Shown here piece by piece: positions 45,884-53,818 of a stretch of 53,818 bases of DNA (its first letter is position 1; each line of letters starts with the position of its first letter). The position numbers were made by a program, and so were the translations under genes. Source of the DNA: Burkholderiales bacterium. Lineage in GTDB: Bacteria > Pseudomonadota > Gammaproteobacteria > Burkholderiales > SG8-39. The stretch lies in NCBI GenBank assembly GCA_035635495.1, contig DASQAW010000153.1:1-53818 (forward strand), written 5' to 3'. Under the pieces are notes generated by a model, which saw nothing but the letters and a program-made list of their open reading frames with translations, was not told where the DNA came from and made no database searches.

Positions 45884-47011
45884 ATGCGCCGCGAAGTCGC
45901 AGCGATAAGTCCCATTACCGAGATCATCGGGGAGATCCGCGCCGGGCGGATCGTGGTCCTGGTCGACGACGAGGACCGCGAGAACGAGGGCGATCTCGTC
46001 TTTGCCGCCGATTTCGTCTCGGCGGACAAGATCAACTTTCTCGCCAAGCACGGCCGCGGCCTGATCTGCATGCCGATCACCGAGGAGCACGCGTCGCGCC
46101 TGGGCCTCAGGCCGATGGTCGAGCAGAACCGCTCGCGCCACGGCACCAACTTCACCGTCTCCATCGAAGCCGCCGAGGGCATCGCCACCGGCATCTCGGC
46201 GCATGATCGCGCGCTGACCGTCAAGGTCGCGGCGGCGCCGGAGGCGCTGCCCGAGGACATCGTCCAGCCTGGCCACGTCTTTCCGCTCATCGCGCAGCCG
46301 GGCGGGGTGCTGGTGCGCGCCGGCCACACCGAGGCCTGCTGCGACCTCGCCCGGCTCGCGGGGCTCACGCCCGTCGCGGTGCTCTGCGAGATCATGCGCG
46401 ACGACGGCAGCATGGCGCGGCTCCCCGACCTCATGCACTTCGCGGGCGAGCACCAGCTCAAGATCGGCACCATCGCCGACCTGATCGAGTACCGCAGCCG
46501 CAACGAGTCGCTGGTGCAGCGCACGTTCGAGCGCGACATCCAGACGGCGTGGGGCGCCTTCCGCCTGATCGCCTACCGCGACCTCGCGCTCGGCTCGATC
46601 CATCTCGCGCTGCTGCTCGGCTCGCCGGTCAGAGACGAAGAGACGCTCGTGCGCGTGCATGAGCCTCTCTCGCTCATCGATCTGCTCGACGCCAGCGCGG
46701 GCACCCATTCGTGGGGTGTCGGCGAGGCGCTCGCGGCCGTTCGCCAGGCAGGCACGGGCGCCGTCGTGCTGCTCAACTGCACGCAGAGCAGCGATGCCCT
46801 GCAGGCGCGTCTGGGGGAGGAGCGCCCGCGGCCCGGGCGCTCGGCCGACCTGCGCGTGTACGGCATCGGCGCGCAGATCCTGCGCGACCTCGGCATCGGC
46901 CGCATGCGCCTGATGGCCGCGCCGCGCAAGATGCCGAGCATGGCGGGCTTCGGCCTCGAAGTCACCGGCTACGCCAGCCGCGCATCCGCTTCAGATTCGG
47001 GACTGCGCTGA
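45884..47011 (+). CDS. ribBA: 3,4-dihydroxy-2-butanone-4-phosphate synthase fused to a GTP cyclohydrolase II-like domain lacking zinc ligands (ribBX type)
   Basis: N-terminal DHBPS domain ([22 protein letters not shown]). The C-terminal domain reads [21 protein letters not shown] where active GCHII has HSECLTGD...RCDCG. Confidence 0.88.
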   Translation: MRREVAAISPITEIIGEIRAGRIVVLVDDEDRENEGDLVFAADFVSADKINFLAKHGRGLICMPITEEHASRLGLRPMVEQNRSRHGTNFTVSIEAAEGIATGISAHDRALTVKVAAAPEALPEDIVQPGHVFPLIAQPGGVLVRAGHTEACCDLARLAGLTPVAVLCEIMRDDGSMARLPDLMHFAGEHQLKIGTIADLIEYRSRNESLVQRTFERDIQTAWGAFRLIAYRDLALGSIHLALLLGSPVRDEETLVRVHEPLSLIDLLDASAGTHSWGVGEALAAVRQAGTGAVVLLNCTQSSDALQARLGEERPRPGRSADLRVYGIGAQILRDLGIGRMRLMAAPRKMPSMAGFGLEVTGYASRASASDSGLR

Positions 47012-47424
47012 TGCGGCTGGCGATCGTGGCGAGCCGCTTCAACGACGCGCTCGCATCGCAGCTTCTGGCGCGCGCCGAGCAGGAGGCGAAGAAGCTCGGC
47101 GCGCAATCGCAGGTCGTGTCCGTCCCCGGCGCGCTCGAAATTCCCTTGGCGCTGCAATGGCTGGCGCAAAGCGGCCACTTCGACGCGCTGGTCGCCGTCG
47201 GCTGCGTGATCCGCGGCGAGACCTACCATTTCGAGGTGGTGGCGAACGAGTCGGCGCGCGGCGTGATGGAGGTGGCGCTCGAGTCCGGCCTGCCGATTGC
47301 CAACGGCATCCTCACCACCGAAGACGAGGCACAGGCCGAGGCTCGCCTGGACAAGGGCGCCGAGGCGGTGCGCGTCGCCGTCGAGATGGCGAAACTGAGG
47401 CAGCAGCTGCATGAAGAGCGCTAG
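47011..47424 (+). CDS. ribH: 6,7-dimethyl-8-ribityllumazine synthase
   Basis: 137 aa. [16 protein letters not shown] and [12 protein letters not shown] motifs. Shorter N-terminus than usual; no better upstream start seen. Confidence 0.9.
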   Translation: MRLAIVASRFNDALASQLLARAEQEAKKLGAQSQVVSVPGALEIPLALQWLAQSGHFDALVAVGCVIRGETYHFEVVANESARGVMEVALESGLPIANGILTTEDEAQAEARLDKGAEAVRVAVEMAKLRQQLHEER

Positions 47425-47839
47425 ACGCCAGGCCCGCGAAATCGCCCTGCAGGCGCTCTATGCCTGGCAACTCTCGGGCGGCGATCCGATGGAGGAGGCG
47501 CGCGGCCTGGAAGGCTTCGACAAGGGCGACCGCCGCTTCGTCGAGGCGCTGATCGCCGGCGTGCGCGACCGGCTCGCCGAGCTGCAGGGCCTGATCGTGC
47601 CGCATCTCGACCGCGAGCTGACCAAGCTCTCTCCAGTCGAGCGCTCGATCCTGTACATCGGCGCGCTCGAGCTGGTGGCGCATCCGGAAACGCCGTTCAA
47701 GGTGGTGATCAACGAGGCGATCGAGCTCGGCAAGAGCTTCGGCGGCGCCGAAGGCCATCGCTTCGTCAACGGCGTGCTCGAGAAGGTCGCTTCCCGGCTG
47801 CGGCCCGACGAGGTCGCCCGGGCGCGCAATCCGGCGTAA
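47411..47839 (+). CDS. nusB: Transcription antitermination factor NusB
   Basis: 142 aa. [12 protein letters not shown] and [11 protein letters not shown] motifs. Confidence 0.94.
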   Translation: MKSARRQAREIALQALYAWQLSGGDPMEEARGLEGFDKGDRRFVEALIAGVRDRLAELQGLIVPHLDRELTKLSPVERSILYIGALELVAHPETPFKVVINEAIELGKSFGGAEGHRFVNGVLEKVASRLRPDEVARARNPA

Positions 47840-47849
47840 CTCGAGCCGC

Positions 47850-48788
47850 GTGACCGAATTCGACATCATCCGGCGCTACTTCGACCGGGCGCCGAACCGC
47901 GCGCTCCTCGGCGTCGGCGACGACTGCGCGCTGGTGCGGCCGAACGCCGGCCTCGAGCTCGCGCTGACCACCGACATGCTGGTCGAAGGGCGGCACTTCT
48001 CGGCCGACGCCGCGCCGCGCTCGCTCGGCCACAAGGCGCTCGCCGTCAACCTCTCCGATCTCGCCGCGATGGGCGCCGCGCCGCGCTGGGCGCTGCTGGC
48101 GCTCGGGCTGCCGTCGGCCGACGGCGCCTGGCTGGAAGCGTTTTCCGCCGGCTTCTATGCGCTCGCCGACCGCTATGGTGTCGAGCTGATCGGCGGCGAC
48201 ACGACCCGCTCGCCGCTGCGCACGATCAGCATCGTCGCGCTGGGCGAAGTGCCCGCCGGCGTCGCGATGTACCGCAGCGCCGCGAAGCCCGGCGACGACG
48301 TCTGGATTTCCGGCGAGCTCGGCGGCGCGGCGCTCGCCTTGCGTCGCCCCGATATCGCGGCGGTGGCGAAGCGCCTGCACGAGCCCGAGCCGCGCGTCGA
48401 GCTCGGCGAGCGCCTGCGCGGGCTCGCGCACGCGGCGATCGACATCTCGGATGGGCTGACCGGCGACCTCGGCCACGTGCTCGAGCGCTCGCAGGTCGCG
48501 GCGGTGCTCGACTACGAGCGCATCCCGCGTCCCGCGGCGCTGCGCGCCCTCGGCGATCGCGAGCTCGAACGCGACTGCGTGCTGTCCGGCGGCGACGACT
48601 ACGAGCTCGCCTTTACCGCCTCGCCGCGGCGCCGCGAGGCGCTCGACGCGCTCTCGGCCGAGCTCGGTCTTCCGCTCACCCGCATCGGCACCATCGAGGC
48701 GGGCCAGCCGAAGCTCGTCGCGCGCGACGCCGACGGCCAGCCGATCGCGTATCGCGCGAGCTACGATCATTTTCGCGGCCGTCCGTGA
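47850..48788 (+). CDS. thiL: Thiamine-monophosphate kinase
   Basis: 312 aa. EFDIIRRYF, GDDCALV and TTDMLVEGRHF motifs. GTG start. Confidence 0.92.
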   Translation: MTEFDIIRRYFDRAPNRALLGVGDDCALVRPNAGLELALTTDMLVEGRHFSADAAPRSLGHKALAVNLSDLAAMGAAPRWALLALGLPSADGAWLEAFSAGFYALADRYGVELIGGDTTRSPLRTISIVALGEVPAGVAMYRSAAKPGDDVWISGELGGAALALRRPDIAAVAKRLHEPEPRVELGERLRGLAHAAIDISDGLTGDLGHVLERSQVAAVLDYERIPRPAALRALGDRELERDCVLSGGDDYELAFTASPRRREALDALSAELGLPLTRIGTIEAGQPKLVARDADGQPIAYRASYDHFRGRP

Positions 48789-49276
48789 TCGCCGCCGCGC
48801 GCCCCTCGGCCGGGTTCGCGTTCTCGCACCCCGCGCACGTGGTCGCGTTCGGCTTCGGCGCCGGACTCTCGCCGCGCGCCCCCGGCACCGTGGGGACGCT
48901 GCTTGCCTGGCCGCTCGGCTGGCTTCTCGCCGCGCTCCTTTCCCCGGCGCTTCAGCTTCCCGTCCTCGGGGTGCTCTTCCTGCTCGGCGTCTGGGCCTGC
49001 GAGATCACCGGCCGTCATCTCGGCGTGGCCGATCACGGCGCGATGGTGTGGGATGAGATCGTCGCGTTTCTGCTGGTGCTCGCCGTCGTGCCGCGCGATC
49101 TCGCCTGGCAGGCGGCCGCGTTCGTCCTCTTTCGCGCCTTCGACATCGGCAAGCCGCCGCCGATCGGCTGGTTCGAGCGCCGCTTCCACGGCGGCTTCGG
49201 CGTGATGTTCGACGACCTGATCGCGGCGGGCTACTGCCTGCTTTGCCTGGCGGGGATCAAGCGGCTGCTCGGATGA
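48785..49276 (+). CDS. pgpA: Phosphatidylglycerophosphatase A
   Basis: 163 aa. GFGAGLSPRAPGTVGTL and FRAFDIGKPPPI motifs. Confidence 0.9.
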   Translation: MIAAARPSAGFAFSHPAHVVAFGFGAGLSPRAPGTVGTLLAWPLGWLLAALLSPALQLPVLGVLFLLGVWACEITGRHLGVADHGAMVWDEIVAFLLVLAVVPRDLAWQAAAFVLFRAFDIGKPPPIGWFERRFHGGFGVMFDDLIAAGYCLLCLAGIKRLLG

Positions 49277-49749
49277 AAGCGCTGGCGGAAAAGCTCGGCG
49301 CACGCCTCAAGGCGCGCGGCGCGATGCTCGTCACGGCCGAGTCCTGCACCGGCGGCTGGGCCGCGCAGGCGGTGACCGCCGTTGCCGGGTCGTCGGAATG
49401 GTTCGAGCGCGGCTTCGTCACCTATTCCAACGCTGCCAAGGAAGAGATGCTGGGCGTGCGCCCCGAGACCCTTGCACGGCATGGGGCGGTGAGCGAGGAA
49501 ACCGCGCGCGAGATGGCGCTCGGCGCGCTCGAGCGGAGCCGCGGCACGGTAGCCCTCGCCATCACCGGCATCGCCGGCCCGAGCGGCGGCAGCGCGGCCA
49601 AGCCGGTGGGTACGGTGTGCTTCGCCTGGGCCGCCAAGGGCAGAGAGAGCACTGAGACCCGCCACTTCCCCGGCGATCGCGAGGCGGTGCGCCGGCAATC
49701 GGTCGACCACGCTCTGCAGCGGGTGCTCGAACTGCTTGACGCGGGCTGA
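49273..49749 (+). CDS. pncC: CinA C-terminal domain protein / nicotinamide-nucleotide amidohydrolase PncC
   Basis: 158 aa from MKALAEKLGARL. VTAESCTGGW and GIAGPSGG...KPVGTV motifs. ATGA overlap with pgpA. Confidence 0.8.
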   Translation: MKALAEKLGARLKARGAMLVTAESCTGGWAAQAVTAVAGSSEWFERGFVTYSNAAKEEMLGVRPETLARHGAVSEETAREMALGALERSRGTVALAITGIAGPSGGSAAKPVGTVCFAWAAKGRESTETRHFPGDREAVRRQSVDHALQRVLELLDAG

Positions 49750-49769
49750 CAGCACGCCTACATAGGGAC

Positions 49770-51112
49770 ATGGCTTCCGTTCGCAACGCCGCGGTGGCGG
49801 GCATGTTCTACCCGGGGGATCCGCGCGCCCTGTCGAGCGAGCTCGACGAGCTGCTCGGCGGCGTCGAGCAAAGCGAAGTGCGCCTGGGCTTCCCCAAGGC
49901 GCTCATCGTCCCGCACGCCGGTTACATCTACTCGGGCCCGATCGCCGCGCGTGCCTACGACGAGCTCGGCGCGGCGCGCGGCATCGTGCGCCGCGTAGTG
50001 ATGCTGGGCCCGGTGCATCGCGTGCCGGTGCGCGGCCTCGCCATCCCGAGCGACACGGCCTTCGCCACCCCGCTCGGCAACGTGCCGATCGACCATGCGG
50101 CGCTCGACGAGGTGAGCAACCTGCGGCAGGTCGTGAAGAACGATCTCGCGCACCTGCAGGAACACGCGCTGGAAGTGCAGCTGCCGTTCCTGCAGCGCCA
50201 GCTCGGCGAGTTCGCGCTCGTCCCCTTCGCCGTCGGACAGGCGAGCGTGCAGGAGGTCGCCGAAGTGATCGAGCGCCTGTGGGGTGGGCCCGAGACGCTG
50301 ATCGTCCTGTCCACCGATCTCTCGCACTACCACCCGTATGCCGAGGCGCGCGAGATCGACCACTCTACCGTGACGCGCATCGCCGGCTTCTCCACCGATC
50401 TCGATCACGACGAAGCCTGCGGCGCGACGCCGCTCAACGGCCTGCTCGCGTCAGCGCGCCAGCGCAATCTCGCGATCAAGCTGCTCGCCGCGTGCAACTC
50501 CGGCGACACCGCCGGCGGCAAGGGCAAGGTGGTCGGCTACTCCGCCTTCGCGCTGCACGAGCCGGGCAGCGACGTGGCGCTCGACGACGCCGGCAAGACG
50601 CTCCTCGCCATCGCGCGCGGCGCCATCGAATCGAAACTCTTCGGCTCCGCCAGCACCGCGGACGCGCCCTGGCTCACGCAGAACGGCGCGACCTTCGTCA
50701 CGCTCACGCGCGACGGCGCGCTGCGTGGCTGCATCGGCAGCCTGCAGGCGGCGCGGCCGCTCGGCGACGACGTCGCCCAGAACGCGATCGCTGCCGCCTT
50801 CCGCGACCCGCGCTTCCCGGCGATCAGCGGCGCCGAATGGCCCGGCGTGCGGGTCGAGGTTTCGCTCCTGTCCGCGCCCAAGCCGATGCGCTTCGCCGAC
50901 GAGCCGGATCTATTGTCGCAGCTGCGCGCCGGCGAGGACGGCGTGATCCTCGAGGCCGACGGCCGCCGCGCGACCTTCCTGCCGCAGGTCTGGGAAGGCA
51001 TTCCCGACAAGCACCAGTTCCTGCGCGAGCTCGCGCGCAAGGCGAGCCTGCCCGACGACGTGCGCCTCGGCCGCTGCCGGGTCTGGCGCTACCAGGTCAT
51101 CAAATGGACGCA

Positions 51113-51116
<4 letters not shown>
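49770..51116 (+). CDS. Fused AmmeMemoRadiSam system protein B (Memo) - protein A (AMMECR1)
   Basis: 448 aa. Memo half: AGMFYPG, VPHAGYIYSG, EHALEVQLPFL, DLSHYH, EACG. AMMECR1 half: FVTLTRDGALRGCIGS, FRDPRFP, ATFLPQVW. Confidence 0.88.
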
Positions 51117-52182
<1,066 letters not shown>

Positions 52183-52186
<4 letters not shown>

Positions 52187-53421
52187 ATCCAGGCTCGGGG
52201 TCCTGGCTCGCCTCGCTGTGCACGAGCCGGGTCCTCGCCGCCACGTGGTTCGTCGCGTACTCGGCCGTGCTGCCGCTCACGCAGGTGGCCTGGGGTCTGA
52301 GCGCGCGCGAAGCGGGCATGATCCAGGCTGCCTTCCACCTCGGCTATCTCAGCTCGCTCTTCATCGTCGGCTTCATCGCCGACCACTTCGGCGCGAAGCG
52401 CGCCTACGTCGCGACCGGCGTCGCTGCGTGGGTGAGCCCCTGGGCCTTCGTGCTCTTCGCCGACGGCTTCTGGTCCGCCTTCTGGCTGCACGCCTTTACC
52501 GGCCTTTGCCAGGGCGGCACATACACGCCGGCGCTCGCGCTCATCAACGAGCACGTCGAGCGCGCGCGCCGCGGCCGCGCCATGGGCTATCTCATCGCCG
52601 GCTCGAGCGCCGGCTATGCGATCTGCCTCGGCATGGCGGGCCTCGCGCTCAGGTTCACCGACTGGCGCGGCGCGCTGGCGGTGGTCGCCGCGCTGCCGGT
52701 GACCTCGTGGCTCCTCGGCGTGTATGTGCTGCGCGGCACGCCCAACACCGTGCATCCGCGCCCGGCGGGCGAGCGGCTCCTCGCCTCGCTACCCGCGGTG
52801 TGGCGCAACCGCCGCGGCATGCTCTCGATCTGGGGCTATACCTTCCACAACTGGGAGCTGCTCGGCCTGTGGGCATGGCTGCCCGCGTTTCTCACCGCGG
52901 CGCTGGTCTTGCATGGCCACGAAAACCCAGCCGCGCTCGCCTTGATGCTCGCCGGCCTCACCTACGTGGCGAACATCGCCGGCAGCATCGTCGGCGGCAC
53001 GATGGCCGACCGCTGGGGCCGCACGCAGAGCATCCTCACCTGGTCCTGCGTAAGCCTCGCGCTCTCGTTCTCGATCGGCTGGCTGATCGCGCTGCCGCTC
53101 GGCTTGCTGGTGGCGCTCGCCTGCCTTTACAACTTCGCCGCCATCGCCGATTCGTCCACGCATTCCACGGTGCTCGCCGAGAGCGTGCCGCCGCATTACC
53201 TCGGCGTCGCCTACGCCGTGCGCTCGGTGGTGGGATTCGGCGCCGGCGTGGTCAGCCCGGTGGTGTTCGGCTGGGCGCTCGACCTCGGCGGCGGCGGCCG
53301 CACGAGCGCCGATGCTTTCGCCTGGGGCATCGCCTGGTCGACGCTGGGCCTCGGCGCGCTGCTCGGCCCGGTCGCGACGTGGCGTCTGCACCGATCCACT
53401 ACCATGGCGCGCGATGCATAA
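52183..53421 (+). CDS. MFS transporter
   Basis: About 412 aa with ~12 predicted TM segments. MFS loop motif GFIADHFGAKRA and second-half GGTMADRWGR. The proposed TTG 52183 start overlaps the radical SAM stop (TTGA); start uncertain. Confidence 0.75.
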
Positions 53422-53818
53422 CCGACTGGCGCTCGCCGCGATCATCGCTGTGCTCGGCGCCTGCGCGAGCGCTCCGCCGCCGTCACCGCCGCAAACGCTG
53501 GAGGACTACAAGCGCGGCGTGGCGAAGCGCATCGCTGTCGCCAACGGTGCGCTCGACGTCGCGCCGCTCCCCGCGATGCTGAAATCAGTCATCGTGCTCG
53601 AGATCACCGTCGACAGCGCCGGCGCGCCGCTGGCAGTCTCGGTCCTTCGCACCAACGGCTATGCGCCCCTGACGCAGCGCGCCATCGCCAGCGTGATCGA
53701 CGCTGGCCCTTTTGCCGCACCGGCGCCCGCACTGCTGCAAGACGATGCGGTGAGCTTCCTCGAGACCTTCCTGTTCCGCGACGATGACTCGTTCCAGCTG
53801 CGCAGCCTCGTCGGAGAC
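53414..53818 (+). CDS. Lipoprotein with TonB C-terminal-like domain (3' end beyond window)
   Basis: Not in the ORF track because there is no stop in the window. Reads MHNRLALAAIIAVLGAC (lipobox), then IVLEITVDSAGAPLAVSVLRTNGYAPLTQRAIASV, resembling a TonB_C fold. Open to nt 53818. Confidence 0.45.
   Translation, partial: MHNRLALAAIIAVLGACASAPPPSPPQTLEDYKRGVAKRIAVANGALDVAPLPAMLKSVIVLEITVDSAGAPLAVSVLRTNGYAPLTQRAIASVIDAGPFAAPAPALLQDDAVSFLETFLFRDDDSFQLRSLVGD

Overview
High-GC window, about two-thirds G+C by eye. It is almost entirely core chromosome with Betaproteobacteria-like synteny; that taxonomic call is an inference from gene order (murC-murB-ddl, Bug-family binding protein, argJ-DUF815-Nudix/TenI string). 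I support 57 CDS and found no tRNA, rRNA, CRISPR array, transposase or integrase. Layout: (1) 1-4123, a small accessory metabolic block with a LivJ-type ABC binding protein, an AhpD/CMD-family protein, a Bug/TctC binding protein and convergent 3-oxoacid CoA-transferase scoAB. (2) 4333-21468, a complete and extremely compact dcw cluster (mraZ-rsmH-ftsL-ftsI-murE-murF-mraY-murD-ftsW-murG-murC-murB-ddl-ftsQ-ftsA-ftsZ). Most junctions are 1-4 nt start/stop overlaps. A candidate MraZ operator precedes it and a clear intrinsic terminator follows ftsZ. (3) 21562-32491: an output-less triple-PAS protein, lpxC, a DUF721/DciA-like gene, an M23 peptidase, secA, a ~1.5 kb insertion, then argJ, a DUF815 ATPase and a Nudix/TenI fusion. 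(4) Minus-strand string yacG-zapD-coaE-pilD-pilC-corC-like-ypjD-like, divergent from ffh. (5) An ffh-coupled class III cyclase-domain protein, convergent with a four-gene Mla/MCE-type operon. (6) rpsP-rimM-trmD-rplS, ribBA(ribBX-type)-ribH-nusB, thiL-pgpA-pncC. (7) An AmmeMemoRadiSam module (fused Memo-AMMECR1 plus radical SAM enzyme), followed by an MFS transporter and a partial lipoprotein. The observations most worth follow-up are these. The Mla-like operon has an ABC ATPase that has lost every catalytic motif and a TPR lipoprotein as fourth gene. The secA 3' tail is duplicated on both sides of the insertion between secA and argJ. The cyclase gene is coupled to ffh and carries an internally duplicated C-terminus. 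The fused AmmeMemoRadiSam module may be coupled to a transporter. Many long ORFs in the six-frame track are high-GC shadow ORFs and were rejected.
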